The notes: a model not told the origin generated them from the sequence alone. A stretch of DNA of 64,000 nucleotides from an uncultured Fibrobacteraceae bacterium (GCA_964617805.1 CAZTWK010000005.1:48149-112148), one strand, 5' to 3'. Shown: positions 44,708 to 54,883, counted from the stretch's first letter. Numbers and translations are program-made.

Positions 44708-46153
44708 TCACCTTTCGAGCTGGAAGTAACCGTCGTTGATCATCATCAGGCGGGATTCGGTCATCTCCTCCATCGCGTAACGGATCCCCTCGCGGCCGAA
44801 GCCGGACTCCTTGACGCCCCCGTAGGGCATGCTGTCCACGCGCATGCTGGGGATGTCGCCGACGACCACGCCGCCCACCTCGCAGTGGGCGAAGGCGTGA
44901 CGGACACGGCCCACGTCGCGGGTGAACACGCCGGCCTGCAGGCCGAAGCGCGAGTCGTTGACGCGGGCCACGGCGTCGGCGAAGTCGTCGAAGGGCTCGA
45001 GGGTGGCCACGGGGCCGAAGACCTCGCTCGCGTAGACCTCGGCGTCGCGCGGCACGTCCTCCAGCAGCGTGGCGGTGACGAAGGAGCCGACCTGCTTGCC
45101 GCCGCAGACCAGGGTCGCGCCGCCGGACACCGCGTCGGCGATCCAGCGCGACACGCGGTCGGCGTCGTCGCGGGTGATCAAGGGACCCAGGAAGGTGTCC
45201 TCGTCCAGGGGGTCGCCGGTCTTCAGCTCCTCGGCGGCGGCGGCCAGCCGCGCGCGCAGGTCGTCGTAGAGGCTGCGGTGCGCGATCACGCGCTGCACCG
45301 AGATGCAGCTCTGCCCCGACTGGTAGAAGGCGCCCAGCGCGAGCCGCGGCACCACGTAGTCCAGGTCGCTGTCCTGGTCGACGATGCAGGCGGCGTTGCC
45401 GCCCAGCTCCAGGGCGATCTTCTTGCGTCCGCAGCCGGCCTTGAGGTCCCAGCCCACCTCGGGGCTGCCGGTGAAGGACAGCAGGGCGAGGCGCTCGTCC
45501 TCCACCAGGGGCGCCGCTTCGCTCCCGGTACAGGGCAGGATGGAGAAGGCGCCCGCGGGCAGGTCCTGCTCGGCGAGGATCTCGCCCATCAGGAGGCTGC
45601 TGACCGGCGTGCTGCTGGCGGGCTTCAATACGAAGGGGCAGCCGACCGCCAGGGCTGGTGCCATCTTGTGCGCCGCCAGATTCAGCGGAAAGTTGAAGGG
45701 CGTGATGAAGGCGCAGGGTCCCACGGGGAAGCGCTTGATGTGTCCCTCGTAGCCGGTGGCGCGCTCGCTGATGTCCAGCGGCACGATCTCGCCGCCGATG
45801 CGCACCGCCTCCTCGGCGGCGATGCGAAAGGTGTCGATGGCGCGCGTGACCTCCACGCGGGCGTCGCGGATGGGCTTGCCCGCTTCCACGCAGAGCACGC
45901 GGGACAGCTCCTCGTGCCGCGCGCCCAGGGCCTCGACGAAGGACATCAGCACCTGCTGGCGTCGCCAGGCGGGCAGGGCGGCCATGGCGGGCGCGGCCTC
46001 GGCGGCGGCGGCAATGGCCGCATCGAGGGTTGCGGCGTCGGCCAGCGCTACGCGGGTGACGGTCTCGCCGGTCACCTTGTGGACCACGTCCAGCGTGGCG
46101 CCGGGACGGGCCGGCGCGCCGGCGAGGTAGAGCGGATAGTCGTCGCGGAACAT
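44708..46153 (-). CDS. NAD(P)+-dependent aldehyde dehydrogenase
   Basis: Catalytic Cys block (FYQSGQSCIS), Glu block (ALELGGNA) and Rossmann GSxxVG. Confidence 0.9.
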   Translation of the reverse strand: MFRDDYPLYLAGAPARPGATLDVVHKVTGETVTRVALADAATLDAAIAAAAEAAPAMAALPAWRRQQVLMSFVEALGARHEELSRVLCVEAGKPIRDARVEVTRAIDTFRIAAEEAVRIGGEIVPLDISERATGYEGHIKRFPVGPCAFITPFNFPLNLAAHKMAPALAVGCPFVLKPASSTPVSSLLMGEILAEQDLPAGAFSILPCTGSEAAPLVEDERLALLSFTGSPEVGWDLKAGCGRKKIALELGGNAACIVDQDSDLDYVVPRLALGAFYQSGQSCISVQRVIAHRSLYDDLRARLAAAAEELKTGDPLDEDTFLGPLITRDDADRVSRWIADAVSGGATLVCGGKQVGSFVTATLLEDVPRDAEVYASEVFGPVATLEPFDDFADAVARVNDSRFGLQAGVFTRDVGRVRHAFAHCEVGGVVVGDIPSMRVDSMPYGGVKESGFGREGIRYAMEEMTESRLMMINDGYFQLER

Positions 46154-46167
46154 GCGTGCGGTCCCCC

Positions 46168-46770
46168 TCAGGGTCTCAATCGTCGCGGAATCAGGGCCGG
46201 CACCTCGCGCCGGTAGACGCGATAGGCCTCGCCGAACTCGACCAGCAGCTTGCGCTCCTCCAGCCAGGTGCCCAGCAGCAGGTATAGCACGAAGACGGCG
46301 CGGTACGCCACGTTCGTGGTGGTGAAGTCGGCGTAGAGGGCCACCACCAGCAGCGCCGCCGCGTAATAGGGGTGGCGCACCATCCCCAGGACGCCCTCGC
46401 GCGAGAGGGCCGGCTCCGCGGGCGTACGCACGGCGCGCATGTCGCGTACCTGCCGCAGGCCCAGGAACGCCGCGTTGTCATGGACCCGCGCGCCCAGCCA
46501 GCCCATCCATACGGCCAGGGCCAGCCCGGCGATCCGCGGCGCCTGCCAGAGACCGTGCCAGGCCCAGAGCGACTCGCCCGGACGCTCCCGGAATTCCAGC
46601 CAGCACCAGAGCAGGGTCGCCGTGCTGAAGAGGTTGTAGACCACCCGTTGCCACGCCGCCCGGCGCCCGCAGAGCCGACGCACCCAGCGCCCGCAGGCGT
46701 GGGTGATCAGCAGGGAATGGAGCACGCACCAGAGCGCGGCGATGAGGGCGACCGAGATGATGTCCACCAT
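46168..46770 (-). CDS. Isoprenylcysteine carboxyl methyltransferase / PEMT-like membrane methyltransferase family protein
   Basis: Multi-TM protein. C-terminal RHPYY and EE..L motifs typical of ICMT/PEMT-family membrane MTases. Start at M25. Confidence 0.6.
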   Translation of the reverse strand: MVDIISVALIAALWCVLHSLLITHACGRWVRRLCGRRAAWQRVVYNLFSTATLLWCWLEFRERPGESLWAWHGLWQAPRIAGLALAVWMGWLGARVHDNAAFLGLRQVRDMRAVRTPAEPALSREGVLGMVRHPYYAAALLVVALYADFTTTNVAYRAVFVLYLLLGTWLEERKLLVEFGEAYRVYRREVPALIPRRLRP

Positions 46771-46888
46771 GAACGCATTCTGGACATGCCCGGCCGAGTT
46801 GGCAAGAAAGACCCCGCGGGTGCGGTGGGCGTTTGACGCCACCCCATCCGCGGGTGTAGCATCGTACGCGGTCGAAGGGGGGACCGAC

Positions 46889-47902
46889 GTGACACTGGAT
46901 CATCTCATCGAACGCTGGCGGGCGCTCAACGCCGACGAGCGCCGCCCCTGGGTCCTGTTCGAGCACGGGACCTGCGTGACCATTCCCGACCCCGGCGAGG
47001 ATCTGCTGGCCCAGGCCGCCGTCCTGGTGGCCGACCTGGCCGATGCGCCCCCCGGCGAGCCGCTCCCGCGCGAGGCCAAGCCCTGCGGAGACGGCGGCTG
47101 GGTGGTGGCCGCGGACGCCGAGCACGTGCGGACCTACGTGGAGAACGTGGCCCTGGCCGCCGGCGCCGGCGGCGACGACCGCGACGCCACCGCGGTGGCC
47201 ATGTGGGGCCAGTCCCTCTGCACCCGCGACGCCCGCGAGTTCGGCGTCGTGCACGTGGAGGACACGCGCGAGGAACCGGACGCGGCGGCCGTCACGCGCG
47301 CCGACGCCTGGGCCCACCTCGTGCGCAAGGCCCAGAAAGCCGAACAGGAGGGCAGCGACTGGGAGCGCTTCGGCGTCCCGGTGGCGGCCGTGCAGCTGCT
47401 GGACGAGGCCGACCAGGACAAGCCGCCCCCGCCCCTGGACGAGCTCGAGCTCACCCACGACGTGCGCGAGACCTGCGAGGTGCTGGAGGAGATGGTGGGC
47501 GACGCGCCCCGCCAGGACCAGTCCTTCACCCTCTTCGCCGGCCTGCGCCCCGGCTCCCACGTGCCGGCCGAGGTGCTGCGCGCCGAACACCTGGCCCGCC
47601 GCTTCCCGCAAGGACGTGTGGTCTCGCTGACGGGCTTCGTCTGCGCGGCCGGCCGCACCGAACCCCCGCTCTACGCGGCCAAGAGCAGCGGCGCCATGAT
47701 GGCCATCCGCGTCACGCACGCAGCGCCCCTGACCAAACCGGGCGACGGCCCCGACGAGTACGAGTTCCTGCTACCCCGCGACTGCCGCTGCAAGGTCGTC
47801 GACGTTCTGGAAGAGGGGCTGTTCCCCGACGGCAGCGGCGCCGACAGCCGCAGCCGGCGGGTGACCGTGCGGCTCGAGCAAGTCCCCGATCAGACGGAGT
47901 GA
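46889..47902 (+). CDS. Hypothetical cytoplasmic protein; C-terminal region resembles an R-S-E-class mono-ADP-ribosyltransferase domain (tentative)
   Basis: GTG start with GAAGGGGGGA RBS. No signal peptide. C-terminal ...KPGDGPDEYEFLLPRDCRCKVVDV matches the ART consensus ExE-h-LLPRg-kfkh-v. Candidate Arg (LFAGLRPG) and Ser (AAKSSG) elements lie upstream. Confidence 0.5.
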   Translation: MTLDHLIERWRALNADERRPWVLFEHGTCVTIPDPGEDLLAQAAVLVADLADAPPGEPLPREAKPCGDGGWVVAADAEHVRTYVENVALAAGAGGDDRDATAVAMWGQSLCTRDAREFGVVHVEDTREEPDAAAVTRADAWAHLVRKAQKAEQEGSDWERFGVPVAAVQLLDEADQDKPPPPLDELELTHDVRETCEVLEEMVGDAPRQDQSFTLFAGLRPGSHVPAEVLRAEHLARRFPQGRVVSLTGFVCAAGRTEPPLYAAKSSGAMMAIRVTHAAPLTKPGDGPDEYEFLLPRDCRCKVVDVLEEGLFPDGSGADSRSRRVTVRLEQVPDQTE

Positions 47903-48666
47903 CCACCTTGGACTTCTTTGACGGCTTCGCCTGGGCCCTGCCCAACGCCTTCGCCGACCCCCTCGAGAAATGCCGCTTCGAACGCGGGGACGTCCTCTAC
48001 GACGATCCCGCCGCCAGCACGGCCGACTGGGCCGCCGCGCGCAAGGCGGCCAAACGCATCGTGCAGGTGCGGTTGCCCCAGCAGGGGGAGACGGCCAAGC
48101 AGGACAAGGACGCGGCCTCGGTCTTCGCGGACAACTGGCGACGGTCGGCGGAGATCGATCTGATCGAGACCAAGGACCTGAGCGTCCGAGCCATCGCGAC
48201 CACGCAGGGGCGGCTGTACACGTTCCTGTGGCGGGACGACGAAGCGGTGCTCGATCTGGGCACGCCGGAGCCGGCGTTGCCGTTGATGGCCGGCGACCTG
48301 CGCACCCGCCTCGAGGACGCCGCCCCGCGGGTGGCCGCTCAGGTGGAGGTCTCGAGTCCCTCGCAGCTCTTCGTCTTCCCTTTCGACCACGCCTCGAGCC
48401 GTCTGCGCGAGAAGGACCGCGACATCCGTGCTGCGCTGGTGAGCGTGAAGGGTTGCGAGGAACTGGAATTCCCCGTGGCATCCGAAGGCGGCAGCGACCC
48501 GCTGCCGACGCTGTGTTGGAAAGCGTATCTGTTGCCTGGCCTGGGCGAGGACGCCGTCACCGACCTCCTCAAGCCTGCCCTATACAACCCCCAGGGTGAT
48601 CGCGAGGGAAAGGCCGACAGATTCAGCCTGTCGCGCCACGGGCAACTCCTGGAGCTGGGCGGATAG
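47899..48666 (+). CDS. Hypothetical protein co-transcribed with the ART-like gene
   Basis: In frame with ORF 47203..48666. GTG at 47899 overlaps the upstream stop (GTGA); an alternative TTG at 47908 has GGAG 9 nt upstream. No recognisable domain. Confidence 0.45.
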   Translation: MTTLDFFDGFAWALPNAFADPLEKCRFERGDVLYDDPAASTADWAAARKAAKRIVQVRLPQQGETAKQDKDAASVFADNWRRSAEIDLIETKDLSVRAIATTQGRLYTFLWRDDEAVLDLGTPEPALPLMAGDLRTRLEDAAPRVAAQVEVSSPSQLFVFPFDHASSRLREKDRDIRAALVSVKGCEELEFPVASEGGSDPLPTLCWKAYLLPGLGEDAVTDLLKPALYNPQGDREGKADRFSLSRHGQLLELGG

Positions 48667-48754
48667 CCGGGCAGGGACGGAAAAACGCGCCATCCTTCAT
48701 GCGCAGGCGAAATCAGGATGGCGCGCTCGTCTTGGTACGTCTGTATACTCGAAG

Positions 48755-50689
48755 CTACTTGAGCGCCTCCCGCACCTGATTCTCCACCCCACCAGCCACA
48801 ATAACCTCCTGAACCGGCCGCCCCAACGGCGCGAAGGCATACTCGCCGCCCTTCCAGGTGATCGTCGCCCTGGCGAAGTCCACCGCCACGGCGTCGTCCA
48901 TCACGGCCGTCTTGGCGTCGTCACCCGCGTGCGCCGCCCGCACGGCCTCCACCAGCGTCGGGCTCTCCAGACAGATGAATCCGTTGTTGATCGCGTTCCG
49001 CAGGTACGTCTGCGAGTACGACCCGGCGATCAGCATCGACACCCCCGCCGCCTGCAGCGCGGTGACCGCCTGCTCCCGCGACGAACCGGTACCGAAGTTG
49101 AATCCCCCCACCATCACGTCGCCCTCGGCGACGAGGCCTGCGAAGGCCGGATCGTAGTTCTCCATCACCACGCGGGCCATGTCCTCGCGGGTCATGTCGT
49201 CGCGGTAGGTGTAGTCCTTCCCGTAGATCCCGTCGGTGTTGAGGTTGTCCAGGTCGAGCCACAGACCGCGGCCCTCGTGGCGTGCCGGGAACCCGTCCAG
49301 GATCTCCACGGCACCGGCGTGCGGCGCCTTGCCGCCGGCCGCGAAGGCGTAGCCCGGCTGGGCGCCGGTGAACTCCTCGGGTCCGGTGATCCTGCCGGCC
49401 ACGGCCGAAGCGGCCACCACCACGGGGCTGGCCAGGTAGCACTTGGCGTCCCGTGAACCCATGCGGCCCTTGAAGTTGCGGTTGGTGGCGGAGATACCCA
49501 CCTCGCCGGACTCCAGCAATCCGGTGCCCAGGCCGATGCAGGGGCCGCAGCTCGGGGGCAGCGCGATGGCGCCCGCGTCCAGCAGCACCTGCCAGTAGCC
49601 CTGCTCCTTGGCCTGGTCCTCGACGAACTGGCTGGCGGCGGCCACGTAGAGCTCCACGCCGTCGGCCACCTTGCGGCCGAGCAGCACGTCGGCGGCGGCC
49701 TTCAGGTCCTCCAGGCGCGAGTTCACGCAGGACAGGAGGTAGGCCTTGTGGATCTTCACGTCGGCGGCGATGAGTTCGCTCAGCGGGGCGGTCTTCTGCA
49801 CGACGTCCGGGCCGGCCACGTGGGGGGTCACCTCGCCCAGGTCGAGCTCGATGACGCCCGCGTAGACGGCGTCCTCGTCCGAGCGCGGGGGCGCGCTCTC
49901 CCAGCCCGCGAGCTCCTCCTCGGTGACCCGGTTCTGCAGACCCTGCAGGCCGAGGATCGCGCGGCGCTTGCGCAGGAAGTCGACCGTGCGCGCGTCGCAG
50001 GGGAACCAGCCCACCAGGGCGCCCCACTCGGTGGTCATGTTGGAGATGGACATGCGCGCGTCCATGGACAGTGTCTCCACGCCGGGTCCGCCGAACTCGA
50101 TGGCGGCGTTGAGCACCTCGCCCGAGTTGTACATGCCGCAGAGGGTGAGGATGGCGTCCTTGCCGGTGACGCCCGGACGCAGTTCGCCGGTCAGGCGCAC
50201 GTGCACCGTACGCGGGATCTGCCACCAGAAGCGGCCGGTGGCCCAGATGGCGGCGGCGTCGGTGCGCACCACGGGGGTGCCCACGGCGCCCACGGATCCG
50301 TACATGTTCGAGTGGCTGTCGCTGGCGACGCAGAAGCCGCCCGGCTTGACGTAGCCGTTCTCGATCATGACCTGGTGGCCGATGCCGGTGCCGGCGGGGT
50401 AGAAGTCCACGCCCTGCGACTTGGCGAAGGCCTCGATCTTGGCGTACTTGGCCAGGTTGCCCTCGCTCTTGTTCTGGATGTCGTGATCCAGGGCGTAGAC
50501 GGGCTGGCCGGGGTCCGCGATCTTGCCGACGCCGAGCTTCTCGAACTTGAGCAGCACGGCGGCCGTGTTGTCGTGGGTCATGACCTGGTCGGGGACGAGG
50601 GTCACGAAATCGCCGGCGTGGAGCTCGGCGCCCTCGGGCAGGTCGACGGCGTGGGACTGGGCGATCTTCTCGATGACGGTCTGGGCCAT
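48755..50689 (-). CDS. Aconitase-family hydratase/dehydratase, fused large (LeuC-like) and small (LeuD-like swivel) domains
   Basis: 4Fe-4S ligand cysteines (SCVNSR, CGPCIG) and the substrate-binding SR motif (GTGSSRE). C-terminal swivel domain. ATG at M4 with a GGAGG RBS. Confidence 0.8.
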   Translation of the reverse strand: MAQTVIEKIAQSHAVDLPEGAELHAGDFVTLVPDQVMTHDNTAAVLLKFEKLGVGKIADPGQPVYALDHDIQNKSEGNLAKYAKIEAFAKSQGVDFYPAGTGIGHQVMIENGYVKPGGFCVASDSHSNMYGSVGAVGTPVVRTDAAAIWATGRFWWQIPRTVHVRLTGELRPGVTGKDAILTLCGMYNSGEVLNAAIEFGGPGVETLSMDARMSISNMTTEWGALVGWFPCDARTVDFLRKRRAILGLQGLQNRVTEEELAGWESAPPRSDEDAVYAGVIELDLGEVTPHVAGPDVVQKTAPLSELIAADVKIHKAYLLSCVNSRLEDLKAAADVLLGRKVADGVELYVAAASQFVEDQAKEQGYWQVLLDAGAIALPPSCGPCIGLGTGLLESGEVGISATNRNFKGRMGSRDAKCYLASPVVVAASAVAGRITGPEEFTGAQPGYAFAAGGKAPHAGAVEILDGFPARHEGRGLWLDLDNLNTDGIYGKDYTYRDDMTREDMARVVMENYDPAFAGLVAEGDVMVGGFNFGTGSSREQAVTALQAAGVSMLIAGSYSQTYLRNAINNGFICLESPTLVEAVRAAHAGDDAKTAVMDDAVAVDFARATITWKGGEYAFAPLGRPVQEVIVAGGVENQVREALK

Positions 50690-50748
50690 GGCAAACACCT
50701 CCGTTGATCCCTAAATCTGCAACGAGAGGCGGCCCGACACAAGGACCG

Positions 50749-51189
50749 TCAGCCGGGATACTTATCGTTTATGTAATCCCGCAGGTAGTGCAGCTCGGCC
50801 TTGGCCTCGTGGCTGATCTGCCGGACGCAGTCCCCGATGGACACCAGACCGGCCAGGCGGCCCTTGTCCATGACCGGCAAATGGCGGATGCGGGCCTCGG
50901 TCATGATGGCCAGGCTGTCGGACACGTCTTGCCAGGGCTCGACGAACAGGATCTGGTTGCTCATGATCTCCGACACCTTGGTCTCGCGGGAAGAACGGCC
51001 CCGCAGGGCGATCTTGCCCAGGTAGTCGCGCTCGGTGACGATGCCGAGGATGTCCTCCTGGTGGACGACCAGCAGCGCGCCCACGCCGAGCTCCATCATC
51101 GAGGCGATCGCGTCGTAGACGTTGGCGTCGGGGTCGATCTTGTGAACGTCCGATCCCTTGTGTTCCAGGATGTCCTTGATACTGGCCAT
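50749..51189 (-). CDS. CBS-pair domain protein
   Basis: Two CBS motifs (ILGIVTERD, LAGLVSIGD). Confidence 0.8.
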   Translation of the reverse strand: MASIKDILEHKGSDVHKIDPDANVYDAIASMMELGVGALLVVHQEDILGIVTERDYLGKIALRGRSSRETKVSEIMSNQILFVEPWQDVSDSLAIMTEARIRHLPVMDKGRLAGLVSIGDCVRQISHEAKAELHYLRDYINDKYPG

Positions 51190-51346
51190 GGGCGCTCCTT
51201 TCCAAACCGCGGATCTCTTCCTGATATCCGTTCACGATAAACCAATTCCTCACCGACGGCGACTGTAAGCTGGCCAGCCGGCCCGCCATTGCGCTATGTT
51301 TGGACCTTAACATGTCCGCACCATCCGAACCCGAGGACCGGCGCCC

Positions 51347-52693
51347 ATGAGATATGTCTCGACCTTCTGCCTGATCGCCGCCCTGGCCCTGCCCGGCTGC
51401 AGCGACGATCCCGCCCAGCCCGATCCCCCGACCACCGGCACGGTGAACGTCGTGATCGTTCCCGCGGGGCTGCAGGCTCCCTGGACCCTCGAAGGGCCGG
51501 ACGACTACACCCACGCCGGCACCGGCGACGAGATCCTGGCCGACCTGGAGGCCGGCGACTACGACGTCACCTGGGGGGCGGTGACCAACTACATCGCGCC
51601 CTGGCCCCAGAGCCAGACCCTGGCCGCGGAGGGGGAGATCACCTTCACCGGGACCTACGTCTTCAATCCGCCCGTCACGGGCACCGTGGTCGTCGACGTG
51701 GAGCCCGACGACCTCGACCCGGGCTGGGTCCTCAAGGTCGAGACGGGCGACGGGGATAACGACGTTGTCGGCAGCGGCGACCAGATCGTGTACGGAGTGC
51801 CCGTCGGCGAGGTGACCCTGGACTGGGAGGAGATCCCGGGCTGGGAGTTCTCGGGCCCCGGCTATACCACCGAGACCCTGGTCGGCGGCGGCACCCTGAA
51901 CATGTCGGTGACCTACACCGTGCTCCCGACCCGGCCCCTGGAATTCGTACGCGTCGAGGCCGGCAGCTTCGAGATGGGTTCGCCCGCAAGCGAGCCGGGC
52001 GCGGAGGCCGACGAATGGCCTCAGCACACCGTGACCCTGACCCGCTCCCTGCACGTGTCCGTGACCGAGATCACCAACGCCCAGTGGGATCACTACATGG
52101 GGGACGGCCGCCAGGGCGACGCCACCGAACCCAACCAGCCGGTCACGCTGATCAGTTGGCTGCAGGCCGTCGAGTTCTGCAACGCCGTGTCGCTCGACAT
52201 CGGATACACGCCCGCCTACACCATCGACGGGGGCGTGACCTGGAATCCGGACGCCACGGGCTTCCGCCTGCCCACCGAGGCGGAGTGGGAGTACTTCGCC
52301 CGCGCCGGTACCACTACCGCCATCTCCGCCGGTGAACTGGCGGAGCTGAACTGCGATCCCGACCCGGTACTGACCTTCTTCGGCTGGTACTGCCCCAACG
52401 CGACCAGCAAGATGCCCGTCGCCTCGCTGTATCCCAACGACTGGGGCCTCTACGACGTGCACGGCAACGTGGGCGAGTTCTGCTGGGACGGCTACGCGTC
52501 GGACTACTACGCCGGCTCACCGGCGGTGGACCCGCCCGGGCCGACGCCGGGCCTGTACCGGATCGTCCGGGGCGGCAATTTCCTGGCCTACGGCGCGAAC
52601 TGCCGCTCCGCCGCGCGCCAGCGCCAGCGTGACTTCGAGCAGGTGCCGCACGTCGGCTTGCGGGTCGTGCGCAACGCCGAGCCGACCAGGTGA
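51347..52693 (+). CDS. PEGA-repeat + FGE-sulfatase (SUMF1) domain lipoprotein (paralog of 1244..3136, without the insertion)
   Basis: Signal peptide with Cys (LPGC). PEGA-like GDYDVTWG / GEVTLDWEEIPGW repeats. FGE motifs TEAEWEY, GLYDVHGNV, RIVRGGNF, GLRVV. Confidence 0.75.
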   Translation: MRYVSTFCLIAALALPGCSDDPAQPDPPTTGTVNVVIVPAGLQAPWTLEGPDDYTHAGTGDEILADLEAGDYDVTWGAVTNYIAPWPQSQTLAAEGEITFTGTYVFNPPVTGTVVVDVEPDDLDPGWVLKVETGDGDNDVVGSGDQIVYGVPVGEVTLDWEEIPGWEFSGPGYTTETLVGGGTLNMSVTYTVLPTRPLEFVRVEAGSFEMGSPASEPGAEADEWPQHTVTLTRSLHVSVTEITNAQWDHYMGDGRQGDATEPNQPVTLISWLQAVEFCNAVSLDIGYTPAYTIDGGVTWNPDATGFRLPTEAEWEYFARAGTTTAISAGELAELNCDPDPVLTFFGWYCPNATSKMPVASLYPNDWGLYDVHGNVGEFCWDGYASDYYAGSPAVDPPGPTPGLYRIVRGGNFLAYGANCRSAARQRQRDFEQVPHVGLRVVRNAEPTR

Positions 52694-52742
52694 GCCACCT
52701 CGCGCGGATCAAGGTCCGGGGCTACCGGTACCGAGGAGCAGC

Positions 52743-54851
52743 ATGAAGCGACCGTTTCCGGTTCTGATGGCGCTGTGCGCGCTGCTGGCCCTGACCGCCA
52801 TCTTCGCAGATGTGACCGGGGCCGCCGAGCCGCCGTACCGCCTGGCGCATCCCGTCGATGACGAGGGCCGCTGCGTCTCCGGCGACGAGGGCTCCATCTT
52901 CACGGGGCACGAGGCCGAGTTGAGCGCGCTGGTGCTGGACGACGACGGGCTTCCCGTGCCCGGCACCATGGTGGTCTTCGACCAGGTGGCGCCATCCGAG
53001 AAGCTGCTCGGCCGGGTCGAGACGGATGCCGACGGCCTCGCCGTCCTCGCCTTCACCGTGGGGAACAAGGCCGCCGACTACACGGTGGTGGCCACGACCG
53101 AGGGCGTCTGGGCGGACGGCGGCCGCATCGTCTACAACTTCCCCGTGCGCAAGTCCTCCTGGGTGCTGTTCATGCTCTTCGGCCTGGCCGGCGGGCTGGG
53201 ACTCTTCCTCTTCGGCATGGACATGATGAGCTCGTCGCTGCAGCGCTCGGCGGGCGGGCGCATGCGCGCCATCCTGGGCACCCTGACGGCCAACCGCTAC
53301 CTCGGCGCCGCGGTGGGGGCCATGGTGACGATGGTCATCCAGAGCTCCAGCGCCACGACGGTCATGCTGGTCAGCTTCGTGCAGGCGCAGCTGATGAGTT
53401 TCACCCAGACCCTCGGCGTGATCCTGGGCGCGGACATCGGCACGACCATCACCGCGCAGCTCATCGCCTTCAAGCTCACCGACTACGCCCTGCTGTTGAT
53501 CGCGCTGGGCTTCAGTCTGAAGTTCCTGGGCCGCCGGCGCAAACTGCGCAACCTGGGCAACGTGATGCTGGGCTTCGGCATGCTCTTCTACGGCATGGCC
53601 GTCATGAGCATGGCCATGTCGCCGCTGCGCACCTACCGCCCCTTCCTGGACCTGCTGGCCGGGCTCGAGAATCCGCTGCTGGGCATCCTCATCGGGACGA
53701 TCTTCACCGCGCTGATCCAGAGCTCGAGCGCCTTCACGGGCGTGATCATCGTGCTGGCGCAGCAGGGCTTCCTGACCCTGGACGCGGGCATCCCCCTGAT
53801 CTTCGGCGCCAACATCGGCACATGCATCACCGCGGCCCTGGCCAGCATCAACTCGGGTCGCGAGGCCAGGCGGGTAGCCCTGGCCCACACCCTGTTCAAG
53901 GTGGCGGGCGTGCTGGCGATGGTGTTCTGGATTCCCGCCTTCGCCGACTTCGTACGCTCGATCTCGCCCGGCGGCGCCATCGATACCGCCGACACGGCGC
54001 GCATGGCCAAGTTCATCCCGCGCCAGGTGGCCAACGCCCACACCATCTTCAACGTGGGGCTGGCGCTGGTCTTCCTGCCCTTCACCGGCTTGTTCGGTCG
54101 TCTCGTCATGCATCTGCTGCCGGACCGGCCCGAACCGGTGGAGGCCCGCTACCGCTCACGCTTCCTCGAGCCCGGCATGCTGCAGACCCCGTCGTTGGCC
54201 TTGAACCTGGCCAAGGTGGAGATCCTGCGCATGGGCGAGGTCGTGCGCGACATGGCCACCGACGTGATCAAGCCCTTCGTGGACAACGACATGGAGATCG
54301 TGGACAGCCTGCACGAGCAGGAACACAAGGTGGACGACCTGGACCAGCAGATCTCGGCCTACCTGATCGACATCGGCAAGCAGGACCTCAGCGAGGAGCA
54401 GGCCGAGGAAGTCTACCTGATGATGCACGTCACCAAGCAGTACGAGTTCATTGCCGACATCATCGACAAGGAGCTGCGCCCGCTGGCCCACAAGAAGGCC
54501 TCCCTGGGCGCCGACTTCTCGCCGGCCGGCCGCAAGGAGGTGGAGGCCTACCACGTCAAGATGCTCAAGCAGATCTCGCGCGGGCTGGAGGCCTTCCGCG
54601 AGGGCAGCCTCGAGACGGCCCAGAAGATGACCCGCAAGGCCGCCCGCTACGTGGCCCTCGAGAGCGGCTACCGCCAGGCCCACTTCGAGCGCATCAGCGA
54701 CGAGGTGAAGGAGTCGGTGGCGACCAGCGACGTGCACCTGGCCCTGATGGACGCCCTGCGCAAGATGAACTCCCACTCGGCGGACATCGCGCGGGCCATG
54801 CTGGAGACGATGGAGGAGGAGACCGGGGACGAGGCCGACACGGAGGACTGA
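52743..54851 (+). CDS. Na/Pi-cotransporter family protein (NptA/YjbB-like, with C-terminal PhoU-like domain) fused to an N-terminal secreted Ig-like domain
   Basis: RBS GGAGCAG. Signal peptide and ~130-aa beta-sandwich-like domain. Duplicated Na_Pi_cotrans repeats (QSSSATT / QSSSAFTG). C-terminal PhoU-like helical domain. Confidence 0.75.
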   Translation: MKRPFPVLMALCALLALTAIFADVTGAAEPPYRLAHPVDDEGRCVSGDEGSIFTGHEAELSALVLDDDGLPVPGTMVVFDQVAPSEKLLGRVETDADGLAVLAFTVGNKAADYTVVATTEGVWADGGRIVYNFPVRKSSWVLFMLFGLAGGLGLFLFGMDMMSSSLQRSAGGRMRAILGTLTANRYLGAAVGAMVTMVIQSSSATTVMLVSFVQAQLMSFTQTLGVILGADIGTTITAQLIAFKLTDYALLLIALGFSLKFLGRRRKLRNLGNVMLGFGMLFYGMAVMSMAMSPLRTYRPFLDLLAGLENPLLGILIGTIFTALIQSSSAFTGVIIVLAQQGFLTLDAGIPLIFGANIGTCITAALASINSGREARRVALAHTLFKVAGVLAMVFWIPAFADFVRSISPGGAIDTADTARMAKFIPRQVANAHTIFNVGLALVFLPFTGLFGRLVMHLLPDRPEPVEARYRSRFLEPGMLQTPSLALNLAKVEILRMGEVVRDMATDVIKPFVDNDMEIVDSLHEQEHKVDDLDQQISAYLIDIGKQDLSEEQAEEVYLMMHVTKQYEFIADIIDKELRPLAHKKASLGADFSPAGRKEVEAYHVKMLKQISRGLEAFREGSLETAQKMTRKAARYVALESGYRQAHFERISDEVKESVATSDVHLALMDALRKMNSHSADIARAMLETMEEETGDEADTED

Positions 54852-54883
54852 ACCGGCCTCCGCGCGAACAGGTGATGAAGAAA

